This document shows positions 49,601 to 57,967 of a stretch of 64,000 bases of DNA, in pieces. This DNA is from a virus (lineage: Duplodnaviria > Caudoviricetes), in IMG/VR virus record IMGVR_UViG_3300035208_005676, positions 1 through 64,000 of that record, one strand, 5' to 3'. A program made the position numbers and the translations under genes. Numbering within the stretch: position 1 is the first letter of the stretch; every line of letters begins with the position of its first letter. The notes under the pieces were generated by a model, which made no database searches, was not told where the DNA came from, and saw nothing but the letters and a program-made list of their open reading frames with translations.

Positions 49601-51274
49601 GTCAAGGAGCTGCCGGCCGACTTCCGCGCCGCGCATGAGGACGCTTTGCGCAGCGCGGCGCGGGCCTGGCTGCTCTCACAAGACGCGAAGGTCAGCGCGT
49701 CAAGCGAGGGTGTTTCGGTCGTTGGCTGGTCGAAGGACGCGGCGGGTGGGGTGTACCCGCAACAGCTGGAGCAGGCTGACGCGCTGCAGCTGGCCCGCAA
49801 GGGCCCCGGGGTTTTCGATCTGGTCGTGGGTGGGAAGGTCGACAAGGAGCGGCTGACCGCGTTCCGCTCGCGGCTCGCCGATTCCCTGCAGCGGGGAGTG
49901 GTCTTGCCGCAGGCCACCATAGACCTTCTGCGGGGACTGGGAGATCTGGGGCTGGTTCCCGGGGGCCTGGAGAGCTGGCTGGAAAGCGAGCTGCCCGAGG
50001 ACGTGAGCAAGGAGCAGTACGTCAACTTCCACCTGGCGGTGTACGCCGGGCTCCACCCGGGCGACGGTCGGGAGAAGAGCACGCGGGCCTGGCGGGAAGG
50101 GAAGTGGGCCGACGAGCAGAAAACGAAGCTGCAGAACAAGCAGCTCGCCTGGGCCGCGTACAAGGCCCGGGTCGGCGAGGAGACTGCGGCGGATACGCTG
50201 GTTGGTGGACTCTCGGCGCGGGCCGACTGGGTTGACCAGCCCGAGACTGCGGCGTCGGCGGACGTGACCACCGCGCGGCGGATCTTGCAAACGACCCGGG
50301 AGCAGATCGAGCTGGCAAACCGCTGGTTTGCGGTGCCGACCGCGCACCGGGATCCCCTGGTGATTCTGCGGCCGACCGGGGAGGGCGACGAGAAGGTCCC
50401 CTACACCGTGTCCGCGGTCTATTCGGCGAGCATCCTGTCTTCGTTGGCTGGTAAGGTGAACGGACAGATCTACCGGCCGGGTGCCGGCGTCAGCCGGTAT
50501 GAAACGGGGATCATCCTGGCCGACCTGGGGTTGACTCCGGAGCGGGTAGAGGCGCTGGAGCAGAAAGAGCTGGTCCGGATCAACGCCGAGCGGGAAGAGC
50601 AGCGGAAGCTGGCGGAGGCACGGGAGCAGCGGCAGCGCGAGGAGGCCGATCGGGTGCTCGCAGCGAAAGCCGAGAAGCAGAACGCGCTGTCGAAGATGCT
50701 GCGCGGGAAGGTGTGGCAGGCGACGAAGTTCGAGGATCGGGCGCAGGAGCTTTTCGCGGGGTTGTCGATTCTCGTCCGCGACCGGGAAGACGAGAAGCTG
50801 GTTGCCACGGAGCAGACTGTGTACGGGGCGACGAACGTACGGTTTGCGTTCGGCGGGCAAAAGGAGTTGTCGCCCAAGAAGGGGAGCAGTATCACCCTGA
50901 TTCGCAACGGCGGGCGCGGGCCGGCTTTCCTGAGGAGCGTCCTGGTAGGGGCAGGATGGTTTTTCGACGACAAGTGGACGAATTGGTCCGCGCCCCGGGG
51001 CATGAGTACCGACGAGCAGCGGGAGACGCTGGCGCGAGTTGCGCAGCAGCTCGCGGTGGCACAGCAGACGGCGCGGGAGTTGTCCGCAGCCGGTGTGACC
51101 GCGGAGTCGCTGGCCGGCGTGGATGTTTCGTTGCCCGGGGCGGCGGCAATGATCATCGCTGCGCAAGACGTGGTCAAGAGCTTGCCCGCCGGGGCACCTC
51201 TGCGGCCCCTCGCTGGACTTTTGGGGCGCGGCCCGGCTATCTTGGTGGGGACGCGACCGAGCGCAGGGAGGTAG
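43691..51274 (+). CDS. DarB-like N6-adenine MTase / SNF2 helicase giant protein
   Basis: YSGHGG, EYFTP, LEPSVGTG, NPPF; GVGLGKT, DEGHAFKN, TATPVKNS, GEGVNLQ, EQRNGRVVRQGN. Confidence 0.88.
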   Translation: MSDPNIIIHPPEVASDPDILVKGRKPAPTVPWPPSGPGWESIPKPRGGRHGMRRRKSTGSGYEYSYIPVVPPPQLSMFDNVRPAAPDKKKRAPRAATPTAGQTDLFGTFDVPEAAKPAVERAKSTSEKVATAAIAAKRPRKGAIFNPAPVLRVGKEKIPALSAGVDRPAPLPQLSLLDFAPEAQPIIYPAEQVKADVVKASQGRPRKTRSRKLLVDPIGALTDPADTTPVASPAELELPPAAVEDVEALLRQEKDGKPLPDREVPAEPILPEGKRLAGEIEAQAAKERGEEAEILHSQFGGLRGIVEHGIKATFGGRAGWGPVARKTANQHAKQVLATLKKEQREATPEELEILKGYSGHGGVGGDSFGNLNEYFTPTGIAGAIWGALAASKCATRDTPILEPSVGTGAFLDTCPFRFAQTVGVELDPTSAGVARALFEPRGEGFTKIETDCFERFAVRDARYWPIIVGNPPFGARGKTAAADPEKRGMPAESYFLDTAVDKLLPGGVVAMVLPTQVISGDGEDRKAFRERLLKKAELIGAWRLPSGAFAQSGTSIATDVVFLRKWQGAEVLAALTTDELAERGYTIDPEVLAGNYFRKHPGQVFGVEQEDAEFNGQIKVEGKLTAEDLHRLAEEAGNALRAGRIANNPLTRPMMDVTEGLSAARRVEVEAARTGPSPYRWEEGTLRDFEGIRHIYRKTPDGFAWRRIDAAEELENLSPTDKEQVTAAGKIGEGLSELQAAIRTGDDPAKTAALREQLRRDVVTWRDRYGVPAGAKKLLGKLANQTAAAMFAGSIKPDGEVCDLLLRQVDPQRVALPEGQTETDSPEVAVDMAAREGDGIINLTSAAQNLGGVDIKPIEAVLLASPAYFLDEEGNWLTKERFLSGYVYERRSSLANIAAVLEQAAGDAKRAADLLQGMEGRQAAGKLGLARNFEKVLAKIKEGVAELDKVRNATPFEEIRITLRDGWVPIDALNRFLQRHFHSHAELVREAGVYTLSVDGREIKGADNGFWDGHIGAKWRAVINLLNRERLGDKQKDAVYGIDEDYRRFLMEGDRGEWRGPVEDAYNRAFHAYRAAAVSQDAVQLGKAWHYGEKVNGEYVGRTPHGYQYQGIRWLQRQGKGILSDGVGLGKTLVVLGHAAAEAAIAKEKGLAHKPLIVVPKSLLMNWQAEILEVLPQARILLIGEKMIPDKKNPGKMVGKEQSAKEKGEAWARAALNDWDFVLCSRESFQGLDLSIEHKMERWEDLAAAEVSGAAKEEKESKKRVKSEATLDKAKARAKARFEAEDAERRILGAPLFEDVGLTHLYFDEGHAFKNLYVPKGGYSGVKYLGSAQKAKRSVDMDLKCRVFEQLNPGRGPILATATPVKNSPLEVYTMMSHVAPEVFTSRGIDNVESFLDRYAVIRREVVPNTRGQLVETDVVAGFKGLRELRDICATYLMIRDAKTVGLRIPAEDLIPEAVDLTPNQQATMARLRQVLEDLLNGKIVGVDDDDLYVDESTAIAAGAKPGRRKKGAEEDGDASSSPSAGITGAMGKLNELEKLEDKSILRVLHAMHVVSLDPSYDPSIMADYAPSQEGGPPQDLRSPKLEKLVANCKAALDLQTAEKPRGQVIFCDIIKVEYKIRDMLIAAGVPAERIAMINAKDAPTITERQEQARRFQKGDAWVIIGNTATMGEGVNLQKRGSDIHHADIPWDPGSMEQRNGRVVRQGNPIDKVGLRTYLGKGSFDGYRLAGLLGKGQWLQHLWHGTTDEIEIPAEVQGLNRDSLFVFASADPDAASAELEEGKKRQAVQKRDALYQADLTRYASLRSMWRAHKDLLRQAATAAEDPKRIAPDETKVQALVQSIAQSRRILGDSIYFPHKDALTDEALDGPAVINPANGLLIKAGMSLMVPRAMRGHSWNKPPTAFRVTDVDARAGKVTGFFYGSIDTLADAREPVTLLIQNLGKAAATLIAPEEESRLIVDEIARLGPSQVKELPADFRAAHEDALRSAARAWLLSQDAKVSASSEGVSVVGWSKDAAGGVYPQQLEQADALQLARKGPGVFDLVVGGKVDKERLTAFRSRLADSLQRGVVLPQATIDLLRGLGDLGLVPGGLESWLESELPEDVSKEQYVNFHLAVYAGLHPGDGREKSTRAWREGKWADEQKTKLQNKQLAWAAYKARVGEETAADTLVGGLSARADWVDQPETAASADVTTARRILQTTREQIELANRWFAVPTAHRDPLVILRPTGEGDEKVPYTVSAVYSASILSSLAGKVNGQIYRPGAGVSRYETGIILADLGLTPERVEALEQKELVRINAEREEQRKLAEAREQRQREEADRVLAAKAEKQNALSKMLRGKVWQATKFEDRAQELFAGLSILVRDREDEKLVATEQTVYGATNVRFAFGGQKELSPKKGSSITLIRNGGRGPAFLRSVLVGAGWFFDDKWTNWSAPRGMSTDEQRETLARVAQQLAVAQQTARELSAAGVTAESLAGVDVSLPGAAAMIIAAQDVVKSLPAGAPLRPLAGLLGRGPAILVGTRPSAGR

Positions 51275-51278
51275 CACC

Positions 51279-51629
51279 TTGGCGACGACCGTACCCGGAT
51301 CTGCAGCCCCCGAGGGTGTCCTGCGCAACCTTGTCCAGGCGCTTCAGACGGATCCGGTGTCCTACCGTCACTGGGGCCCGTGGTGGTGGCGGCTGAAGCG
51401 GATCCTGAAAGCGGCTGGCTATACCCGGGAGGTCTTCCAGGGGCTCGGCGAGGAGTTTCCTGACCACGAGATGCTGCACCGCTGGGATGACCTCGACGAT
51501 CGGGCCTTCCTGCTCGCGGCGCTCCTTGACCAGTACCAGAACGCGATCGCCCGCTGGCATTCGCAGTGGCAGGCGGACCCCGACCCGGAGCGGCCGGAGT
51601 ATTTCCTGCTCGACCCGGACGTGGAGTAG
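51279..51629 (+). CDS. hypothetical protein
   Basis: GGGAGG RBS; YRHWGPWWWRLK. Confidence 0.7.
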   Translation: MATTVPGSAAPEGVLRNLVQALQTDPVSYRHWGPWWWRLKRILKAAGYTREVFQGLGEEFPDHEMLHRWDDLDDRAFLLAALLDQYQNAIARWHSQWQADPDPERPEYFLLDPDVE

Positions 51630-51633
51630 GATC

Positions 51634-54192
51634 ATGGGCGAGCGTATCCCCGGCGGGCTGGCAGCGGGCAAGAAGCCTGAGGACTTCGATCCGGAGCAGC
51701 TCGCGGCCGGCGTCAGGGTCGAGGCCGAGCACACCACGGACTCGGCAGTCGCTCGCGAGATCGCGATGGACCATCTGACCGAGGACCCGGACTACTACCG
51801 GAAGTTGCGGCGGATGGAAAAGGCGCTGCGGGACGTCGGGGCCTGGCTGACGCTCGTCGAGCTGGTCCCGGAGGCCGATCTGACGAAAGCGGATCGGCAG
51901 GCCGCGCAGCACAAGTACATCATGCGCCAGCCGAGCGGCAAACCGAAGCCGAAGTGGCGCTACTGGTACAAGATGCCGGGCGGCAAGGGGGTCGTCACCC
52001 ACGACCGGCTGGTCGAAGGGGCGCGCTTCGCCGGGGCGCACAACGGCGCGGCAGGCCACTGGGAGGTGCTTTCCTCCGGAGACGACGGGGTGCTCGCTCG
52101 CCACTCCAGCGGCGCGCACGTCAAGCTGTCCCACGAGGAGTTTGCGGCCGGCGTCAACGCGCAGCACGCGGGAGCGCAGGGCGAGGCCCGGACAGAGCGG
52201 CGGCGCGAGATCATGGAGTCGTTGAAGGTGCTCCACGAGGGTGGCGGCGGCAAGGGGCAGGCGAAACGCGTTTCGCACCTGATCGAGGAGGCTGTGCGGC
52301 TCGGCTGGGTCTCGGAAAAAGAGGCGCAGCTCTACCGCAACCGGCTGCAGCCGGCGGAAGACAAGGCCGCGGCAGCCGATCCGGGAGCGAAGCTGAAAGC
52401 CGCGCTGGCCAGCGCGGCCCCGGAGCACCGGGACGCGATCCTGGCGCACATGCGCAGCCTGGAAGAGGAGCGGCAGAAGCTCGAAACGGCGGGCGCGGAG
52501 AAGCCGGCCGCCGCTCCCGCTCCGGAGCCCAAGGGCGGAGAGAAGGACAGCGGCCTCGGGCTGCGCGGCAAGTCCGACGACATGAAAACCGCGGATGCGA
52601 CGGGCAAGGGGCAGGACCAGCCCTTCCGCTACCGCCTGGTGCCGCTGGCGGACATGATCCCCTCGCACAACCCGGAGGACCAATTCCGCGAGCACCCACA
52701 GTACCCGAAGGGGGTGCAGGAGCGGCACTATGACCAGAACAAGGAGTCACAGCTGACGATCCGGCAGCGGGCCGGCGAGCTGGAGCCGCGCTTCCTGGTC
52801 AATACCAACCCGGACGCAGCCAACGGCCCGCCAATCATCGTCCCGAACGGCGTTGTCCTGGGTGGCAACAGCCGCACCATGACGTTGCAGCTCGCCTACC
52901 ACGACCATCCGGAGCAGGCGCAGAAGTACCGCGACTACATCAAGGAGCACGCGGCAACCTTCGGCTTCTCGCCCAAAGACGTCGACGCGATCGAGGATCC
53001 GGTGCTGGTCCGCGAGGTCGACGACCCCGGGACGCAGAAGGAACGGGCGTTGCTGGGCCGGCGCTACAACGAATCGTTCACTCGGGCGCTGGCTCCGCAA
53101 GAGGAGCAGGTGACGCTGGGCAAGCAGATCTCCGCGGGCACGCTGGGCAAGTTGACCGACTACACGGACATGCTGGCCGAGGCCAAGGAAGAGCCGACCT
53201 TCGAGGCGTTCCTGAGGTCCAACCGGTCGCGGCGGTTCGTCGAGTCGCTGGTCAAGGACGGGGTGATCGACGAGCGCAACCGGGATCGCTACTTGCTCCC
53301 GGCCAAGTCGGCGCACGCGGGGCTGCTCAACGAAGTCGGGCGGGTGTTCGCTTCCCAGGTGCTCATGGGCAGCATCATCGACGACGTCGACGACCTCGAC
53401 GACATCGGGAAGACCTACCGGGACCGGATCAGCTCGCAGCTGCCGGTGATCCTGGCCGCGAGCGCGAGCAACCCGAAGTTCGACCTCTCCCGGGCGCTGA
53501 AAACCGCGGTCGGCGTGCTCGCGCAGCAGGAGCGGGAAGGCAAGGCGCACCCCTGGCTGGTCCTGAAGCAGGGTGACATCGCCCGGAAGGACAAGGAGAC
53601 GGGGGCCGAGGTGGTGACCGGCGCGGGGGACTACTCCCACCCGGTCTACAAGGATTCGCTGGCGCAAGCCATGGTGGCCGTCTTCTCCCGGGCCTCGCAG
53701 AAGGCCACGGGTCCGGGGTTCCGGAAGTTTGCCGATCTGGCGACCGCGCCCTCGTCGGAGGGCGGGATGTTCGCGGACGGGCCGACTGACGAGGAGCGGG
53801 CCCTGGCCGGCATGCGCAGCGCGTTTGGCTTCACGACGGCCGATCCGCTGCGCGAGGTCGAGAACCTCGAAAACGAGCGGCTGGGCGCGAACGCGCAGGC
53901 GACGGCTGAGCGGGGCAAGGCCGCTGTGAAGCAGAAGATGACCGAGCGCGGGATCAAGACGCAGGGCGAGGTTGCGCCCAAGAAGGTCCGCAAGCCGCGG
54001 CTGGTAAAGCCCGAGCCCGAGCCGATTCCTGAGCCCGTGCGCAAGCCGCGCAAGGCAAAGGCAGCCCCGGCTCCCGAGCCTGAGCCTGAGCCCAAGCCGA
54101 CGCCGATCCGGCGGGGGCGGGGCCCGGACAAGCAACCGCGCAGGCGGCGGGAGCCGAAGATCGTTGTCACGGGGCGGAGGAAGGCGGCATGA
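51634..54192 (+). CDS. polyvalent protein: DUF5661-like N-terminus + ddrB-like ParB domain
   Basis: QLAAGVRVEAEHT..AREIAMDHLTEDPDYYRKL; YRLV..DMIPSH..QERHY..GPPII..VLGGNSR. Confidence 0.75.
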   Translation: MGERIPGGLAAGKKPEDFDPEQLAAGVRVEAEHTTDSAVAREIAMDHLTEDPDYYRKLRRMEKALRDVGAWLTLVELVPEADLTKADRQAAQHKYIMRQPSGKPKPKWRYWYKMPGGKGVVTHDRLVEGARFAGAHNGAAGHWEVLSSGDDGVLARHSSGAHVKLSHEEFAAGVNAQHAGAQGEARTERRREIMESLKVLHEGGGGKGQAKRVSHLIEEAVRLGWVSEKEAQLYRNRLQPAEDKAAAADPGAKLKAALASAAPEHRDAILAHMRSLEEERQKLETAGAEKPAAAPAPEPKGGEKDSGLGLRGKSDDMKTADATGKGQDQPFRYRLVPLADMIPSHNPEDQFREHPQYPKGVQERHYDQNKESQLTIRQRAGELEPRFLVNTNPDAANGPPIIVPNGVVLGGNSRTMTLQLAYHDHPEQAQKYRDYIKEHAATFGFSPKDVDAIEDPVLVREVDDPGTQKERALLGRRYNESFTRALAPQEEQVTLGKQISAGTLGKLTDYTDMLAEAKEEPTFEAFLRSNRSRRFVESLVKDGVIDERNRDRYLLPAKSAHAGLLNEVGRVFASQVLMGSIIDDVDDLDDIGKTYRDRISSQLPVILAASASNPKFDLSRALKTAVGVLAQQEREGKAHPWLVLKQGDIARKDKETGAEVVTGAGDYSHPVYKDSLAQAMVAVFSRASQKATGPGFRKFADLATAPSSEGGMFADGPTDEERALAGMRSAFGFTTADPLREVENLENERLGANAQATAERGKAAVKQKMTERGIKTQGEVAPKKVRKPRLVKPEPEPIPEPVRKPRKAKAAPAPEPEPEPKPTPIRRGRGPDKQPRRRREPKIVVTGRRKAA
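52261..52276. repeat. 16-bp palindrome copy 8
   Basis: exact match. Confidence 0.95.
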
Positions 54193-55421
54193 GCCTGCTA
54201 CCTCCCGACAACGAGCCGCTGGACCTGGAAAAGGGGCTTGCCGATTGGATCTTCCCGATCGCCAACGCGATCGTTGGCGGGAAGGACGTTCCCGACGCCA
54301 GCCCGGCTTCTCGTCGGTCGGTTCCCTTGCAGGCGGCCGGGCTAAAGTACGGCTCTCCGGAGCAGGCGGAGCACGCGCGGGGCCCGGGTCGGGGTCGCCT
54401 GGTCCTGCTCCCGTCGAAAACCGACCCGCGGATCCGCCGCTGGCAGGAGCCGGCCGGGGCTGCTCCGCGGGAGAAGACCCCGCGGCACAAGGGCGGAAAC
54501 GTCCCGGACGTGGGCCGGGTGATCGGGGAGGACAGCCGCAAGCGACTGGTTGCCTGGGCCCGCTCGCACCGGTACATCGGAGAGGCCGTCCGGGAGTACC
54601 CGGATCTGGAAGACCAGAAGCTCGCCGGGGTGGCGCAGGTGCTTCACCGCGAGGGGACGATCTCCCCGGATGGCTACGAGGAAGCCCCGGATCGGGAGAC
54701 GACCCCCTACGAGGGGAATCTGGTCCACTGGCGACGAGCGCTGGCCGAGCTTTCCCCTGACGATCGGCACGCGCTGTACGAGATCCATGACGCGCACCGG
54801 CGCAACTGGGTCCACGGGTCGCCAGCTGCTCCGGAATCGTCGCGGCACGTTCTGACCGGTGCTTCCGTGGGGCTGCACTCTGCAGGCCGGCGTGAGGCTT
54901 TCCCGATGGCAATGAGCCTGGGCGGAGACGACTTGGAGAAAAACATGACCAGTCACGACGCATTCGAGGATCTGTGCAAGTCGGTCGGGATCGACCCCCT
55001 CCAGAAGGGTGAAGCGGCGGGGCCTCCCCCTCCGGGCCCGCAGCGGACCCCGCCGCCCCAGGCAGGCCCCGGGGCCCCTGCACCCACCCCTCCCGGCGCG
55101 GTTCCTGCCCCGGCTGCCCCCGGGGCTGCTGGAGGCCCCTACGCCCCCCCTCCGGGGCCACCTTCGCCCCCGACCGCCGCGGCCGCGGACAAGGCCCCGC
55201 CGGGGCCGGGGGGGTTGCTGGATTCCAGCGAGGATGATGGGGTCGACCCTGAGGTCAAGAAGGCCCTGGCCGGCTGCAGGTTTTCCGACAAGGGCGCGGA
55301 CGGTTCTACCCTGGTGGGCCAGGGCGAGGGGCCGCGGCTGGCGAAGCTCCTGGAGAAGGGCGAGGAGAAGCAGTCGACGGACTTCTCGATGGCCAACGCG
55401 CTCGGGGGGAGCTGGAAGTGA
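54189..55421 (+). CDS. hypothetical Pro-rich head-associated protein
   Basis: ATGA coupling; several LxK[G/S] sites. Confidence 0.65.
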   Translation: MSLLPPDNEPLDLEKGLADWIFPIANAIVGGKDVPDASPASRRSVPLQAAGLKYGSPEQAEHARGPGRGRLVLLPSKTDPRIRRWQEPAGAAPREKTPRHKGGNVPDVGRVIGEDSRKRLVAWARSHRYIGEAVREYPDLEDQKLAGVAQVLHREGTISPDGYEEAPDRETTPYEGNLVHWRRALAELSPDDRHALYEIHDAHRRNWVHGSPAAPESSRHVLTGASVGLHSAGRREAFPMAMSLGGDDLEKNMTSHDAFEDLCKSVGIDPLQKGEAAGPPPPGPQRTPPPQAGPGAPAPTPPGAVPAPAAPGAAGGPYAPPPGPPSPPTAAAADKAPPGPGGLLDSSEDDGVDPEVKKALAGCRFSDKGADGSTLVGQGEGPRLAKLLEKGEEKQSTDFSMANALGGSWK

Positions 55422-57367
55422 TCTCCGCACGCGCCGTTGCCGCCTGGGCCGGAGGCCACTCCCGGGGGGCGGTGTCCCGGGTCGGGCGGGTCGTGACCGA
55501 TCTCACCCGCGACTTCGGCGCGGCCTTCCGGGAAGGGGCGGTGCGCTCGGCCGAGCTGAACAAGGCCGAGAAGCTGGAGGCGCGAGCCCAGATCCTCGGA
55601 ATCACCCCGGTGTTGTACCAGCAGATCGCGGAGACGCAGGGCGAAGAGCCCTTGATGGAGCGGGTGGCGCAAGAGCTGGCGATGGTGGACGCAAGCCCAC
55701 TGGTCAAGGCGATGCGCGAGGGCAACGGCCGCGAGTGGCGCGCGCTCACGGAAGACCCCTTCGAGCCGATCTCTTCCTGGGGCGGCTGGCGGGAGCGCCC
55801 GGGTCCGTTGTCGTGGGAGATGCTGCAGGGCCTCGCCTACCGGCTCGGCCCCTTCACCGCGTTTCTGCAGCTGCGGCTGAATCAGGTGCTCCTGTACGCC
55901 GTGCCCCAGGAGGACCAGCACGGGCCCGGCTTCATTGTGCGCAAGAAGGGAGCGGCCGGGAACGATCCGCGGTTGCAGTCGCAGCCGTCGAAGCAGCAGG
56001 CGCTTGAAGGGGACTCTCCGGAATCCGACGATCGGGCTCGCTGGCTCGAAAACGTGGTCGTCAACTGCGGCTTTACCCAGCGGTACGACGCCGAGACGGG
56101 GCAGACCCGGGACGGGATCTCCGACTTTCTGCGCAAGCTGGTCCGGGACTCGCTGATCTACGATCAGACGACCGTCGAGCTGCAGCGGGACCGTTCCGGG
56201 CGGCTGATTGCCTGGCGGGCGGTCGACGCGAAGAGCATCCGGCGGGCCAGTCACGACGAGAAGGTCAAAAACGAGCGCGGCGAGCCAGTGATCTACGCGC
56301 AGGTGATCAACGGCACGATCGCCGCGGACTTCTCTCCGCTGGACTTGGCCTTCCGGGTGCGCAACCCGCGCAGCGACCTCCGGGCGTTCGGCTACGGGCT
56401 CCCTGAGCTGGAAATGTGCATTTCCACTATCACGGCGCTGCTCAATGGCTTCGAGTACAACGCCCGCTACTTCACGCAGGGCGTGACCTCCAAGGGGATC
56501 GTCTCGCTGCACGGTCTGGTCCCCCGGGACCAGCTGACCGCGTTTCGGCGGTTCTGGACGGCGCTGGTCACCGGGCAGGCGAATGCCTGGCGCGCGCCGG
56601 TGCTGAACCTCCCCGACGAGAAGAGCAGCGTCAAGTGGGTCGACCTCCAGAAGAGCAACCTCGATATGGAGTGGGCCCGGTTTATGGACTGGTGCCTGAA
56701 GGTCGTCTGTGCGGTTCTGCAGGTTGCGCCGGAAGAGATCGGCTTCCAGTTCGGGAACCAGGGGCAGACCTCGTCGATCGGGGGTACGCAGTCTCCGAAA
56801 GACAAGCTGGACGCGGGGAAGGACAAGGGACTAAAGCCGCTGTTGACCTGGCTGGCTCAGGTGCTCAATGAGGAAGTGATCTGGAAGCTCGCGCCGGAGT
56901 ACGAGCTGGCTTTTGTCGGCCTGGACGCGGACAGCGAGCAAGCTCAGGTGGAGCTGCTTTCCAAGGAAGTCGGCTCCTTCCTGATGGTCGACGAGGCCCG
57001 CGCGGCCCGCAATCTGCCGCCGTTGCCCAAGAAGCTGGAAGGGCCGGGGCAGGTGATTTGCAACCCGACCTGGCTCCAGGCGTATCAGGCCGGGCGGACG
57101 GCCGCGATGGGCGCAGGTGGCATGGGAGGCATGCCGGGCGGGGGCGGCGGGGGTGGCAGCTGGCCGGGTGACGTCGGCGCGTTCGAGGACTACGCGTCGG
57201 GTGGACAGGATCAAGGGCAGGCTGGGGCGACGGCCCCCCCGGGCGGCGAGCAAGGGCAGCAGGGACAACCGGCGGCCAAGTCGTTGACCGCGGGCGCGCA
57301 GTCGGGTAGGCTGGAGAAGTCAAGTGCTCGCCGCGGGCGAGTTACGCGGTTCGAGTTTGATTTTTGA
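55418..57367 (+). CDS. portal protein
   Basis: VRDSLIYD, VDAKSIR, RNPRSD..GYGLPELE, NARYFTQG, DMEW, PEEIGF. Confidence 0.9.
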   Translation: MISARAVAAWAGGHSRGAVSRVGRVVTDLTRDFGAAFREGAVRSAELNKAEKLEARAQILGITPVLYQQIAETQGEEPLMERVAQELAMVDASPLVKAMREGNGREWRALTEDPFEPISSWGGWRERPGPLSWEMLQGLAYRLGPFTAFLQLRLNQVLLYAVPQEDQHGPGFIVRKKGAAGNDPRLQSQPSKQQALEGDSPESDDRARWLENVVVNCGFTQRYDAETGQTRDGISDFLRKLVRDSLIYDQTTVELQRDRSGRLIAWRAVDAKSIRRASHDEKVKNERGEPVIYAQVINGTIAADFSPLDLAFRVRNPRSDLRAFGYGLPELEMCISTITALLNGFEYNARYFTQGVTSKGIVSLHGLVPRDQLTAFRRFWTALVTGQANAWRAPVLNLPDEKSSVKWVDLQKSNLDMEWARFMDWCLKVVCAVLQVAPEEIGFQFGNQGQTSSIGGTQSPKDKLDAGKDKGLKPLLTWLAQVLNEEVIWKLAPEYELAFVGLDADSEQAQVELLSKEVGSFLMVDEARAARNLPPLPKKLEGPGQVICNPTWLQAYQAGRTAAMGAGGMGGMPGGGGGGGSWPGDVGAFEDYASGGQDQGQAGATAPPGGEQGQQGQPAAKSLTAGAQSGRLEKSSARRGRVTRFEFDF

Positions 57368-57368
57368 G

Positions 57369-57403
57369 CCGCGACGCCAGCTCGGGGGCTTGGTACCCGA
57401 GAC
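57369..57403 (+). promoter_or_regulatory. conserved 35-bp hairpin element, copy 1
   Basis: CCGCGACGCCAGCTCGGGGGCTTGGTACCCGAGAC; 34/35 identical to 57921-57955. Confidence 0.75.
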
Positions 57404-57430
57404 GAGTTCGACTTTTAGGAGGGTACGACC

Positions 57431-57919
57431 ATGGCGGTGGACGCGAGCGAGTACATCCAGAATCCCAACGTCGCAAACCTGAAGCCATCGCGGCTGGACA
57501 ACGAGCTGGCCTTCTGGCTGGCCGACATGCGGCGGACCCTGACCGTCGTCAACGTCCAGGGCGGGCTGCTCGTCGGCCGCTGGGTCGCGCCGTGGGCGGG
57601 TGTGATCGAAAGCATCCGCACCACGCAGCTGGCAGCGGGCGGCGGTGCTGGCGGGCAGAACAGCCTCACCCTGACGGTCGGCGGCGTCAACGCCTTCCTG
57701 GCCGCTGCGGACGGGAACACCGTCGTGGACAACGACGTGGCCGGCACGTCCGCGCTGACCGCGCCCACGGATGGCCTGACCGAGTCTCTCGACGGGATCG
57801 ATCGGTTCCACTTCGCCAAGGGCGACGTCATCGCCCTCGGAGCGGTGTCCGCTGCCGGTGCCTACGGGACCGCGCAGACCGAGATCGTGATCGCCCGCGA
57901 GTGCCCCGCGCGGGTCTGA
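57431..57919 (+). CDS. putative virion structural protein, paralogue 1
   Basis: 162 aa, Gly/Ala/Thr-rich, strong RBS, follows the portal gene. Confidence 0.65.
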   Translation: MAVDASEYIQNPNVANLKPSRLDNELAFWLADMRRTLTVVNVQGGLLVGRWVAPWAGVIESIRTTQLAAGGGAGGQNSLTLTVGGVNAFLAAADGNTVVDNDVAGTSALTAPTDGLTESLDGIDRFHFAKGDVIALGAVSAAGAYGTAQTEIVIARECPARV

Positions 57920-57920
57920 T

Positions 57921-57955
57921 CCGCGGCGCCAGCTCGGGGGCTTGGTACCCGAGAC
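57921..57955 (+). promoter_or_regulatory. conserved 35-bp hairpin element, copy 2
   Basis: see copy 1. Confidence 0.75.
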
Positions 57956-57967
57956 AGGAGGAAGATC

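Noticed and set aside
54001-54100. GAGCC[C/T] tandem repeats (also AKKAP repeats at about 857-903)
   Set aside because: Encode low-complexity linkers. Not CRISPR or iterons.
19437-55161. Many long minus-strand ORFs (e.g. 19437-21242, 27528-29210, 40857-43649, 52747-55161)
   Set aside because: Mirror or Arg/Pro/Gly-rich frames of real plus-strand genes, expected at high GC.
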